From: a virus
Lineage: Duplodnaviria; Caudoviricetes
Strand: one strand, 5' to 3'
Length of the DNA: 64,000 bases
Virus record (IMG/VR): IMGVR_UViG_2585427716_000002
Coordinates: 32,001-96,000 of that record
Both the position numbers and the translations under genes were made by a program. This document shows, in pieces, positions 63,919 to 64,000 of this stretch. The notes beneath the pieces were generated by a model that saw nothing but the letters and a program-made list of their open reading frames with translations, was not told the DNA's origin and ran no database searches. Positions within the stretch are counted from its first letter, which is position 1, and every line of letters starts with the position of its first letter.

Positions 63919-64000
63919 GTTTGTCTCCTCTTTCCTTTGTTTATTCCTCACTATGCCACTTTAAGCCCCTAGCCTTATAGAGAGGTTTCCAATGTTGCTC

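Overview
This window is about 64 kb of a large, probably temperate Bacillus siphophage or phage-plasmid; its flagellin and NrdEF look most like B. subtilis-group proteins. The minus strand carries a near-complete morphogenesis module: TerS, tdk, TerL, portal, protease/scaffold, capsid, connectors, tail tube, frameshifted tail chaperones, TMP, SLH-bearing Dit, Tal and about 26 kb of fibre/appendage genes, followed by holin and endolysin. The window also has a Xer-like tyrosine recombinase and nucleotide genes (nrdEF, thyX-like, dCMP deaminase). Main observations: (1) a SigD-driven cassette just after the lysis genes, with a divergent CsrA overlapping a Bacillus flagellin gene (candidate flagellin-conversion system); (2) two anticodon-less tRNA-like RNAs, each with two T-loops, at 54.2-54.5 kb; (3) a dif-like site at 63.06 kb whose arm is repeated around the recombinase promoter; (4) ten copies of a phage promoter GTTA-N17/18-(C/A)(T/C)TATAWT; (5) four paralogous fibre proteins, one apparently split across two genes. 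All calls come from reading the sequence by eye; no database searches were run.
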